From: the human T2T-CHM13v2.0 reference genome, Homo sapiens
Strand: one strand, 5' to 3'
Length of the DNA stretch: 64,000 nucleotides
Assembly: GCF_009914755.1 (NCBI RefSeq)
Contig: NC_060931.1
Below are positions 1 through 13,430 of this stretch, piece by piece. Every line of letters starts with the position of its first letter. Position 1 is the first letter of the stretch. The position numbers were made by a program, and so were the translations under genes. The notes under the pieces were generated by a model. The model ran no database searches and was not told the origin of the DNA. It saw only the letters and a list, made by a program, of their open reading frames with translations.

Positions 1-147
1 GGAACCATGGTCAAAGACCAAATATTAGAACAAAAGATACCTATTACCCCTATTGCTCAGAAAGTTACAAGCCCTTTAAGGAGCTCTGTGCCAGGACTGT
101 GGATAAAGACCAAGATATATATATTTCCTATAAATCACATACTCACA
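1..147. mobile_element. LTR end, MER21-like
   Basis: ggagctctgtgccagga...aaagaccaa..atatatattt...tcaca terminus. Confidence 0.55.
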
Positions 148-1029
148 AGAAGAGAAATTTTGACAACAGTAAGTGCCAAAATACTGAATAGATCTTGGTA
201 GTTCATAGGGCTTGAAAGCGGGGACACCACCAACATTCCTGGCAGCCAAGTCAGATGCATGGACATCGTCTTTAACCACATCTTCACACTCATCCCTCAT
301 CTGAACTATCAACAATTTCATGGATTTTGCTATCTAAATGTTCATGTTCTCTAATCCATTTCCTTCTCCCCAGCCTCCCTGTTACTTCCCTTGTTCAGGT
401 TGCTATCCTGTCACCCCTGGACTATAACAAAAACCTCTTAGATTCCTACCTTCACTCTCCTTTTCCCCTTCTGCTCTTCAATGTAACTTCCACTTTCCTC
501 GTTAAAGTGATTTTTCTGACAGATAAACTTCCCTGGCATTCCCATGCTGGATTAGGTACCTCGCCTGAATCCTCCCATAGCCTCCTACATACCTTTATCA
601 CAGCATTATGACTAAAAGCATCCTTTTGGAATTAGACATTTTATACACTAGCTCATGTACTTACCTGTTTCATGACTTGGGAGAAGTTTTTAACCTCTTG
701 GAACCTCCAGTTTGTAAAATGGAATTAAAAGTATTGCCTACCTCATAAAGTAGGAAATTAATACATGGAAAATACAACAGTGCCTGACATGTAGTAAGGG
801 CTAAATTGATATTAGCTGACAACCACCACATAGTATTGAATTTTTCTGCTTATATATCTGCCTAACCCACTAAACCTAGCCTCATCATTTAAAAAAAAAT
901 TATAATGATTTCTGTTTTCAAAAAACAAACAGATTATCCATGTCCTCTACATGGAAAGTCTAATCCAAAATGTTTTGTGTTCAATCACTGAGCAAGATGG
1001 TCACATTTTCACAAAATTAATTAATCTGA

Positions 1030-1380
<351 letters not shown>

Positions 1381-1609
1381 CTAATTAATCATCTAAGCTC
1401 TTTCCAACTTGCTAATTGCAAATAATACCCCAGTGTTGTACTAAGGAAGCTTAAGAATCGTTCCTAAGCTTAATGGACATGACCAAAGTGCCTGAACTTT
1501 GGGACAGCCACAGGCCACCTATGCAAGCACAGCCAGCCCACCAGGCTGCAGGGTAGAGAGCACAAACAGCATTTGCTTATGACAGCCACAGGCTCAATGC
1601 TCACTGACG

Positions 1610-1946
1610 GTGGCTGTCTGCCTGCCCAGCTAACCTGTAGTTCTTCTGTATGGCCTACACTCTAAGAATGGTGTTTATATATTTTGAATGGTTGAAAAAA
1701 AAGCAACAGAAGAATAATATTTCATGATTATGTGAAAATGATATGAAATTCAAATTTTCAGTGTCCATAAATAAAGTTTTATTGGAATACAGCAACTCTC
1801 ATTTATTTACATATTGTCTATGGCTGTTTCTATGCTCAATGGCAAAGTTGGGAAGTTGCGACAGAGACTGTATGGCCTGCAAAGCCTAAAACAGAAACTA
1901 CCTGACCCTTCAAAACTTTACAGGAAAAAAAAAAAAGCCTACCCCT
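1610..1946. mobile_element. MER58B-like hAT-Charlie DNA transposon
   Basis: aataaagttttattggaa...tattgtctatggctg...gcaaagcctaaaa...acccctg. Confidence 0.75.
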
Positions 1947-2184
1947 GCTCTAGGGTGCAAGCTCCTGTCTGCTTCACAATTGTAGTCACTGTAGGGGAAT
2001 GAATTGTTGTGGGCCAAGTGAATTGCTTAAGAAAATGTGGCCATGTAAGAGGCAGAATTGGAATAAAAATTAGGACTCTTGACAGCTAGTCCCACATTCC
2101 CTAAATTATATTATTACTTTTGCTATCAGAGAGCTAATCCACACACTTCCACAGGAAAAAGAGCTTTGTCATTTAAATGGATGA

Positions 2185-2545
<361 letters not shown>

Positions 2546-3031
2546 AACAAACCAATTTTTATTATCTGCTTTAAATACTGACCATCATCTATTGGTTTTA
2601 GCCTAGAAATGTATAATCACATAGCATCTCTCTATACACAATTTGGGTGTAATAAATACATATACACATTGACATATGTATATGATCTAATATATACCAA
2701 GGTGTATACATATATTTAATTTACCTACATATACTAGACATAGATGTACCTTTACATATATTTGCATGTAAACACACATATATGCACACTTTCACTGCAT
2801 ACACACCTGCCAGTCCTTCTGGTGCATCCTAATGAAACCTGATTTTCTCCTGCTAATGACATTAGCACCTGGCTGCTAATGACATTTCTTAATCAACTAC
2901 CTCAACCTGCTAACACTGAAATAATTAGAAATTTTTGTCTAGCTGCAAGATTTTCATTTAGAGATAATCTGCATAAAAAATACACATTCGTGTGTACGGA
3001 TATTATATAAATGTATTTATATTATGCTTCA

Positions 3032-3386
<355 letters not shown>

Positions 3387-4261
3387 GCAACCAGAGTAAA
3401 TAATTGGATTTATTCCATTGGTTCTATCAAAACAACTTATTAAGATGGAACTTCTAATACGTCTGAACTGTAACACTGCATTTAAGCCCATTTCTTTGCC
3501 ATACTTTGCCGTCTGTTATTTAACTGACCTCATAAAATCCTCAAGAAAACGATTTCTTAAGAAATGCTCAGTTACAGCTGCATCAAACATCTTCTCCAAA
3601 ATGCCTTTCAAGAGCACCAAATAATTTTAGTGTAACATAATCATTGAATGTCTGTTGTTCTCAGAAAAGAACTAACGTTGGAGAAAGTAATTAAAGCCAG
3701 ATCCTAAAAGTCAATACATCTGAGGCTCCAGACACTGACTCTGCGTGTGCTGTGGTTTCCACTAAACACTAAAATGAGGTAATTTTTTATTCTTATTATG
3801 TTCACAACTCTTGCAAAACCTAACCAGGGTAAAAAATTTATTCATTTTTCTCATTAAGCGAATTATGTAGTGTGTAAGTTTTCAATGTCTTGTGCTAAAA
3901 ACAGAATCTCTCCTATAGTTACCTTATCTAAGTAACGAGAGAGCATTCTTTATAAAGTGCAGATAATCTAAACATCTCAATTTACTCACTTTATTTTATT
4001 CTCTTTCCTTCTCTTTTTAAATCCAGGTAAGGAATTGTGAAATTAGTTTGTAAGTCACTTTCTCCTCCCCCGGCTTTGTCTGTTCCCTTTTGGGACTTAA
4101 TAATTGGGCTGGAGGAGGCAAGGGGAAAGATTACCACATGCCCAGAAGTATGAATCTTGGAAGAGGTAAAACTGGTTAAAAGCCACAACACAGACACACA
4201 CGTACCAAAAGCAGGGAGGAGAAAAAGAAGGATGAGAAATGATGAAAAAGAAAAATTTCAG

Positions 4262-4405
4262 GGTTGAGGGTGAGGGGAGGGAACTCAGAGTACAGGTCAA
4301 TAGGTGCAGCAAACCACCATGACACACGCATACCTATGAAACAAACCTGCATGTTCTGCACATGTATCCTGTTTTGTTTTGTTTTTTTAGAAAAAAAAAA
4401 GAAAA
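4262..4405 (+). mobile_element. L1PA 3'UTR fragment
   Basis: taggtgcagcaaaccaccatgacacacg...aacctgca...cacatgtatcc plus A tail. Confidence 0.75.
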
Positions 4406-5796
4406 ATTTATTGTTCATGAATTTGAGTAGAACAACTAATCTTTTAGATTACTGAAAATAAATACATGTCAGTTTGTAAAAGATTAAATTGTTTTAAAGA
4501 TATGCCAGAACTCAGCTGTATGGTCATATAGTTACCAAATGGGTAAATGCTTTCATCTACAATCTCAGAGCACCTAAAAATAGTACAATTTTTAGGCTCC
4601 AAAGAGTGAAAAGAAAAATGTCTGGACCCCACAGAATCAAAAAAGAATGACAGAAAACACTGGTCTCCTGATACTTAACATCAAACTTTGGCCAATACTC
4701 CTTCATCCCAAGGATGAGAGGAGCATCTAAAAATTAATCAATAATGTACATTAAGAGGCTATGTCATCACCATGGTAGGTTTCAATACTTCTAAATGATT
4801 TCTAGTTATTGTTCAAATATAACTGATCACCATATGAGAAATATAACCCAGTATTAAAAATGTTAATATTTTAAACTGTTTTGTCTAGTCTATCACCTTG
4901 TCAAAGATCTTTTGAAAGCCTGACTATATCATATTCATAGATAAAACTTTGTATAAATGCATGTTTAACCCTTAAGTTAATTGCAGCAGGTAAATCATGG
5001 CTTAACTTTAGAGGAATCTTTCAACTTTTTGTCTTAGTAGGTTACATACATCTAAATGATTTGTAACCCTTTTTGTTATTAAAGAGTTACAATATTTCCA
5101 ATATGGAAGTTTCTAGTCCTCTCTGGGATATTTGTTTTGTGTTCATTTATTTAACTCTACACTATTAAATATACTACCAGGCAGATTTCTTAGGGACTTC
5201 TTAGAACATTAGTATCCCTGGTCTAAAATTGGGGGAAATTGACATTATGTGACACTAATGCTCCTTAAAGCAGATTCCCTTAAGTATGATTACATTGTTC
5301 CCAGTGAGCAACAGCAGACCCAGTGAGAAACAGCAAAAATAATTTGAAAACGTTTTTCTCTCACTAAGCTGTCAAACAACCATTCAGAACAGCAGTTCTC
5401 CGTTTCTACCTTTCATTTTCATAAAACTGTTACTGAATTAGTTTGCTGAGAAGGTATAAGACTTTGGGCCAGTCATTTAAGCGCTCTTGGCCTTTGAGGT
5501 AATTTTTTATTCTTACTACCTTAACATTAGGGAGTTGCTTTAGATGTTTCTAAGATTCTTTCAGCTCCAGAAGTTTAGAATTCAATGCTAGAGGTCTAGA
5601 GAATCTTTTGACCTGGAATCCTCTACAGCCCACACTAGTTGGGATGGTATTTTAACAGTCTCCTGTTAGTCATGTTAAAACTTCTGGGAAAGTCTACTTC
5701 AAATTGACAGAGATAATTTAAGGTTTGCCATGCTCTGTGGACTTCTCAGCTATTATTGCATTATCTTCCTACTTGTGGGACAAACCCTTTTATAGG

Positions 5797-6000
5797 TTTT
5801 TCTTTCTCTCTTTCTTCCCTCCTTCCCTCCCTCTCCCTCCCTCCTTCCTTCCTTCCCTCCCTCCCTCCCTTCCTTTCTTCCCTTTCCTTCTTCTCCTTCT
5901 CCTTCTTCTTTTCTTCTTCCTCCTCCTCTCCTCCTCTTCCTTTTCCTTCTTCTTCTCTCTCTCTCTCTCTCTTTCTCTTTCTTTCTCTCTCTCTTTCTAT
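5797..6000. repeat. Pyrimidine-only (CT-rich) low-complexity tract
   Basis: (CCTT)n/(CTT)n/(CT)n, about 200 bp. Confidence 0.95.
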
Positions 6001-6736
6001 TCCTACTTTAGCTTCAGGTTTTTATGAGTGATTGGGGTTTTAAACTCTCAAGGCACATTTATCTAGAGCTTCCAATGTGTTTCAGTGCTTGTATTCCTAG
6101 GTTACTGCTTCCCTTCTTGTTCAATACATGTATGACACATGACTTTGGGGTTTTTTCTAACAGCATATTGATATGCTTGAAGTGATGAAAAAATTACACT
6201 GTGGCTTGCTCACAATATGTACTTTATGACTTCCTACACATCACTTAAGATTAGGTCTAGGAATTTTACTTTTCTCACACGCTCTTGAAGAATCAATTGA
6301 GCACGTAATCATTTATCCTAGCCAATTACTTATCTCATGCTTTCCATTCCCATAAAGGATGTTAGGAAGTATGTTTGAGTAACTTAAGTTCCTAATTGTT
6401 GAGTATCTGGCATAATTTTTCAAACTCCCCCAACTTTCATGATTAGATCATATAACATTTCTATCCACAGAATACTTTGTTTATATGAGAAGACTTTTAC
6501 CACACTGCAGTTCATCGCTCTCCATGTAAAATATCCCTGTTTATTTTGAATCTGACATGAGGAAGGGAGAGAGTAGACAGGGAAAAATGGGAAAATAAAT
6601 CTCAATCACTTTGGCTGTGGAGACCTAACTAAGAGCCTGGAGGTGAACTTGGTTCAACTAAGATCACATATGTGTTGTTACATTTCCAATCCATTTCTGT
6701 TTTTTCTACTGTGACCCACAAAATTTATTCAATTTG

Positions 6737-7740
6737 TACTTAATTAAACTAAAAAGTTTCAGCACAGCAAAAGAAACAATCAGCAGAGTAAACAGACAAT
6801 GCACAGAGTGGGAGAAAATCTTCACAATCTATACATCTGACAAAGGACTAAGATCCAAAATCTACAACGAACTCAAACAAATTAGCAAGAAAAAAACAAA
6901 CAGTCCCATCAAAAAGTGGGCTAAGGACATGAACAGACAATTCTCAAAAGAAGCTATACAAATGTCTAACAAACATATGAAAAAAAATGCTCAACATCAC
7001 AAATGATCAGGGAAATGTAAACCAAAACCACAATGCAAAACCATCTTACTCCTGCAAGACTGGCCATAATCAAAAAGTCAAAAAATAATAGATGTTGGCA
7101 GGGATGCAGTGAAAAGGGAACACTTCTGCACTACTGGTGGGAATGTAAACTAGTACAGCCACTATGAAAAACAGTGTGGACACTCCTTAAAGAGCTAAAA
7201 GTAGAACTATCATTTGATCCAGCAATCCCACTGCTGGGTATCTACCCGGAGGAAAAGAAGTCATTGTACGAAAAAGATACTTGCACAGACATGCTTATGG
7301 AAGCACAATTCGCAATTGCAAAATCGGGGAACTAACCCAAATGTCCATCAATCAATGAGTAGATAAAGAAATTGTGGTATGGAATACTATTCAGCCATAA
7401 AAATGAAACAATGGCATTTGCAGTAACCTGGGTGGAATTGGAGACCATTATTCTAAGTGGAGTAACTCAGTAATGGAAAACCAAACATTGTATGTTCTCA
7501 CTCATAATTGGGAGCTAAGCTATGAGAATGCAAAGGTATATGAACGATGCAATGGATTTTGGGGACTTGGGGGAAAGGGTGGGAAGTGAGTGAGGAATAA
7601 AAGACTACAAATTGAGTACAGTACAGTGTACACTGCTTAGGTGATGGGTGCACCAAAATCTCACAAATTACCACTAAAAAACATACTCATGTAACCAAAC
7701 ACCACCCATTCCCCAAAAACCTATGGAAATAAGAAATAAA
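6737..7740 (+). mobile_element. L1PB-type 3' fragment
   Basis: ORF2 C-terminal remnant ([20 protein letters not shown]) and L1PB-type 3'UTR. Confidence 0.85.
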
Positions 7741-7757
7741 GTGAATTAATCAGTTTT

Positions 7758-8929
7758 CAAAAATCAATTCAAGATGGATTAAAGACTTAAACGTTAGACC
7801 TAAAACCATAAAAACCCTAGAAGAAAACCTAGGCATTACCATTCAGGACATAGGCATGGGCAAGGACTTCATGTCTAAAACACCAAAAGCAATGGCAACA
7901 AAAGCCAAAATTGATGAATGGGATCTAATTAAACTAAAGAGCTTCTGCACAGCAAAAGAAACTACCATCAGAGTGAAGAGGCAACCCACAAAATGGGAGA
8001 AAATTTTTGCAACCTACTCATCTGACAAAGGGCTAATATCCAGAATCTACAATGAACTCAAACAAATTTACAAGAAAAAAACAAACAACCCCATCAAAAA
8101 GTGGGCAAAGGACATGAACAGACACTTCTCAAAAGAAGACATTTCTGCAGCCAAAAAACACATGAAAAAATGCTCATCATCACTGGCCATCAGAGAAATG
8201 CAAATCAAAACCACAATGAGATATCATCTCACACCAGTTAGAATGGCGATCATTAAAAAGTCAGGAAACAACAGGTGCTGGAGAGGATGTGGAGAAATAG
8301 GAACACTTTTACACTGTCGGTGGGACTGTAAACTAGTTCAACCATTGTGGAAGCCAGTGCAGCGATTCCTTAGGGATCTAGAACTAGAAATACCATTTGA
8401 CCCAGCCATCCCATTACTGGGTATATACCCAAAGGACTATAAATCATGCCGCTATAAAGACACATGCACATGTATGTTTATTGTGGCGCTATTCACAATA
8501 GCAAAGACTTAGAACCAACCCAAATGTCCAACAATGATAGACTGGATTAAGAAAATGTGGCACATATACACCATGGAATACTATGCAGCCATAAAAAATG
8601 ATGAGTTCATGTCCTTTGTGGTGACATGGATGAAATTGGAAATCATCATTCTCAGTAAACTATCACAAAAACAAAAAACCAAACACCGCATATTCTCACT
8701 CATAGGTGGGAATTGAACAATGAGAACACATGGACACAGGAAGGGGAACATCACATTCTGGGGACTGTTGTGGGGTGGGGGGAGAGGGGAGGGATAGCAT
8801 TGGGAGATATACCTAATGCTAGATGACGAGTTAGTGGGTGCAGCGCACCAGCATGTCACATGTATACATATGTAACTAACCTGCACATTGTCCACATGTA
8901 CCCTAAAACTTAAAGTATAATTAAAAAAT
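7758..8929 (+). mobile_element. 5'-truncated young L1PA (L1PA3-like)
   Basis: ORF2 C-terminus with CCHC motif, premature TAG at 8510-8512; 3'UTR ...gctagatgacgagttagtg (GAG, so not L1HS-Ta). Confidence 0.93.
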
Positions 8930-9176
8930 AGTAAATATTTAGCTACATTTTAATACTTTACATGTTATAACAATATCATTAATTTTGTTGTTTTTAAGCT
9001 TTATTTGTACTTGTAAATTTTTATTTTGTAGTTACTTAAGAACTAAAGGCAAAAGTGATTTATATTTTGCAATTCTGTTATTTCAATAAAAATAGTCCTT
9101 TTTATTCATTGGAAAAAAAAGAAAAAAAGAAAAATTTCAATCTTAATTCTTTAACAGATGATCTTAATGATCTTAC

Positions 9177-9260
9177 CTGAATTCCATCATCAGTGATTCT
9201 ATAACATTCAGATACAGAAAGTTCCTTCAATTTTTTATGTCTGGAAAGCACATTCAAACC
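9177..9260 (-). CDS. FBXL13: FBXL13 exon F (84 nt, phase 0/0): GLNVLSRHKKLKELSVSECYRITDDGIQ
   Basis: Acceptor atattttttag-like ...tttag|GGT, donor CAG|gtaaga; one LRR unit (LKELSVSEC..ITDDG); follows a 22.6-kb intron. Confidence 0.9.
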
Positions 9261-10431
9261 CTAAAAATATTTAATATAAAGATCATTTTGTGATTATCAT
9301 TTAGTATGGAATATATAGTTCCAATAACCATTTATACAAACTGACAACATAAAAAACCATTTATGAAAACTAATAAATTTTAGTTGTTGTCATATTTCTT
9401 TACACTTAACAAATCGTAAGACCACTTAGATTAGGCAATGCCATTAAGTAAAATTTTCAGGTTGTCTCTAATGTTTTACAAAAGCTTTTATGGAATCCCA
9501 GAGTCAGAAAACTCCTTAGGAGGTTATTATCTTGCCACTTGTTTCCAGATAAATGTTATCTGAATCAATATAAACAAATCCAACTTACTAATTTATTTTG
9601 AAGATACTTCATGTGGATAAAGAACCTATTTGTTAATATATTTTTATTTATGCCTAACCAAAACATCTAAAAATCTTTAGCTCATTTTATAATGATTAAT
9701 CCCTTGAAGAGGAAGAGAATAGATCTTTATATAAAGGCCTAGAGACAGATAATCATTCAGTCATAGATCATTTCTTTTTCAGGTTAAAGGCCTTGGATTT
9801 TTTTAATTTAAAAAAAGAGATTGCACTTTCAGCCATAATTTTTTTTATGTGTGCTTGTGTTGTCCCATTTCTCAGTACTTTTTCCCCAAATTTACTGGCA
9901 CAACACTCAGATAAGGAACTGACTAATGTGGCTTATTGATGCCATCCTTCTGTTTTTCAATCAGGATCACATTACTTTTATGTAATCCCATACAATGTAC
10001 TTCTTAAACTAGGTGGACAAGAGCAGGGTTGTTCCCCCCACCACCCCCCAACCCACCCCTCACCTGCCGCCATTCTATGATTCCAGGGCTGGCTGGCAGG
10101 GAAAATACCAGAAATGACACATAGATTTGTCCTTTTTATATTTTATTTGCAGGATTGGTTTATATTTTATCGATCTTAAATACAACATTTGGACCACAAT
10201 TTAAAATGGGCTATGCAAATATTATATCTTGTTTTTTTTGTTTGTTTGTTTTGTTTTGCTTTGCTTTAATTCCCAATGCACAGATTGGGCCTTCTCATAA
10301 AAAAAAAAAAGCCTGTATTAATAAAAATGTTTTATTTAAGCCTCTGCTTAAACTATGATTTCTAATTTCTTTTAATGGTATTGCATACCACTCCAAAATA
10401 AAATCTGTGAATTCTTTTAACTTTTTAAAAA

Positions 10432-10538
10432 CTTTTATTTGCATTTATTTTATGCTGAATTTATTCCTGTGCCATAAGTTTTTATTTGTTTCTTCAGTTT
10501 CTTCAGGAATATCTTTTTCTTCTATGCAACCTCATTCT
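10432..10538 (-). pseudogene. RPL17 processed-pseudogene fragment (3' end of CDS plus 3'UTR)
   Basis: Reverse strand reads [21 protein letters not shown] then attcagcataaaataaa, versus the RPL17 C-terminus [22 protein letters not shown] (recalled). Confidence 0.82.
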
Positions 10539-11039
10539 TTCAATTTTATTGTTGACTGTGGATTCTTTTGCTAGGAACACATTATGTTTTCTGCCTCCCT
10601 GTTTCAAAACAAAGTCTGACCAAATCCTGTGGAGCCATCACATGTGGTCTGGGTTCCAGATGTGGATGCTATTTTATTCATGTTAAAAGAATTGGAAGAG
10701 TTTAGATATTCCCCAATAGAATCCAAATTGTTTGAACACAAATATCAAGTAACAGATGCAAAGTTTGTCTCTTTACCCTATACTTGATAATAGCTAAGTA
10801 TGTTTTAGTATGCTATAGAAAATTTGTCCTATGAAACTATCTCTGAAGTTTTCACTTAGATTTCACTTTTATGTAGTCAAGTTAGAATTTTTTAAGATAA
10901 GCTGTAAATGAAGTGCATTTGCTAAATATGACATATAACAACATATATGCTTACTACTTTATTCAAAATCATTAAAAATTAAAATATTAAAACAGAATGT
11001 CATGTCTCATCACTGTAATTGTTCATTAAAACATATGGC

Positions 11040-13430
11040 CTAAAAATTGAATTGATCAACATTATTAGCCATTAGATAAATGCATAATGACATACCACAA
11101 CGTACCTACTAGGATGGCTATAATTTAAAATACAGATAATAAAATGCATTGGTGAGGATGTGGACAAACTGGAACTCTCATATACTGCTAGTGGAAATGT
11201 AAAATGAGCCAGCCACTTTGGAAAACAGTCTGCATTTCCTCAAAAATTAAACATAGAGTTATAATATGACCCAGCAATTCTACTCCTAGGTTTATACCCA
11301 AAAACAGTGAAAACATATGTTTACAAAGACTTGTACATGAATGTTTATACCAGCACTATTTATAATAAAATCCATGCATTCTTCAACAAATGGTGCTCTT
11401 CAATAAGTGGTGCTGGGAGAACTTGATATCTGTATCTAGAAGAATGAAACTAGACTCCTGTATCTCCATATACAAAAGTAAACTCAAAATAGACTAAAGA
11501 ATTAAACATAAGACCTGAAACTATAGAGCTATTAGAAGAAAACAGGGGGAATGCTTCAGGGCATTGATCTTGGCAAAGATTTTATATAGCTAAGACTTCA
11601 AAACCACAGGCAACAAAAACAGACAAATGGGATGATATCAAACTAAAAAGATTATACACAACAAAGGAAACAATAAACAAAGTGAAGAGACAACCTATAG
11701 AATGGGAGAAGACATGTGTGAACTAGTCATACAACAAAGGACTAACATCCAGAATATACAAGGAACTCAAACAACTCAATAGCAAATAAACAAATGATCT
11801 GATTAAAAAGTGAACAAAGGAACCAAGCAGACATTTCTCAAAAGAAGACATATGTGAGGGCGATGTGGCTGTGATATCTGTCACCCCATTGATCACCAGG
11901 GTTGATTCGGCTGATCTGGCTGGCTAGGCAGGTGTCCCCTTCTTCCCTCACCGTTCCATGTGTGTCCCTCCCCAAAGCTGCGTGCTGGGTCAAAGAGGAT
12001 AGCCAACCCTGATAGAGGAGGATGGGTTATTGGTCTAGGATACAAGTAGCTGCACTCCCCTGCTTGAACCTCCAAACCTCTCAGGAAGACATACAAATAG
12101 TCAACAAATATATGAAAAATCATCATCAGGGAAACGTACATCAAAGCCACAATGAGATGTCATCTCACCCCAGTTAGAATGGCTATTATCAAAAAGACAA
12201 AAAATAACAATGCTGGTGAGGATGCAGAGAAAAGAGAACTCCTATACACTGTTGGTGAAAATATAAATTAATACAGCGATTATGGAAAACAGCATAGAAA
12301 TTTCTCTAAAAACAGAACTATCATATGATCCAGCAATCTCACTAGTGGGTATTTACCCAAAGGAAAGGAACTCAGTATATCAAAGGGATACCTACACTCC
12401 CATGTTTACTACAGCACTACTCACAATAGCTAAGATATAGAATCAACCCAAATGTTCATCAACAGACAATTGAATAAAGAAAATGTAGTATATATACACA
12501 ATGGCATACTATTCAGCCACAAAAAAGAATGAAATCCTGTCATTTGCAGCAACATGGATGAGCCTGGAGGACATGATGTTAAGCAAAATAAGATAAGCAC
12601 AGAAAGATAAATACCACATGTCCTCACTCATGGGAGCTACGAAAAAGTAGAGTACAATTGTGGGAATTAGAGGATGGGAAGAGTGGCAGGGAGGGAGGAT
12701 GGGGATTGGTTGGTTAACAATTACAAAATTATAGTTTAATAGGAGGAATGAGTTCAGGTATTCTGCAGCACTGTGGGGTGAATATGGTTAACCATAATTT
12801 ATTGTATATTTTCAAGAAACTAGAAGAGAGGATCTTTAGTGCTCACAACACAAAGAAAATGATAAATATTTGAGGTGATGGATACTAACTACCATGATTA
12901 GATCATTACACATAAGGAAATAACACTCTGCATTCCACAAATATGTACAATTATTATGTGTCAACTAAAAATAAAAGAAAAAAGTGGAAACCCAAATGCC
13001 TATCAGTTGATGAAAGGATAAATAAAATATTAGGTCCATACAATGGAATATTATTTGGTAATAAAAGTAGTACTGATGCATGCTACTATATGAACGAAAC
13101 TTGAAAATATCATCCTAAGTAAAAGAAGACAGACCCAAAAGGCCACATATTGTTTGATTCCATTTGTATGAAGAGTCCAGAATAGGCAAATATATAAAAA
13201 CAGAAAGTAGATTAGCAGTTGCCTAAAGCAGGCTCAGGGTGGGACAGGCATAAGGAGTGACTGCTAATGGGAAGGGCTTTTCTTTTGGGAGTGAAGAAAA
13301 TGTTCTGGAATTAGATTCTAGTGGTAGTTCCACCACAAACAAACATACTAAAAACCACTGAATTGTATACTTTAAATTGGTGAGTTTTATGGTACATGAA
13401 TTATGTCTCAATAAAAAATGTTTAAAAAAA
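11040..13430 (+). mobile_element. Old L1MB-type 3' end interrupted by an L1MA-type 3' end (about 11375-12980), which itself carries the 7SK copy
   Basis: Outer element breaks after ...tttataata and resumes at aaaaagtggaaa-cccaaatg; two separate L1 3'UTRs with A tails. Confidence 0.8.
11852..12084 (+). pseudogene. 7SK snRNA retropseudogene, 3'-truncated (about first 240 nt), no poly(A)
   Basis: Matches 7SK 5' end (ATGTGAGGGCGAT...GGGTTGATTCGGCTGATCTGGCTGGCTAGGC...GAACCTCCAAAC..CTCTCA); TSD gaagacata at 11844-11852 and 12085-12093. Confidence 0.93.

Noticed and set aside
7856-8512. 218-aa ORF as a gene
   Set aside because: L1 ORF2 C-terminal fragment with a premature stop, and no promoter, EN or RT domain.
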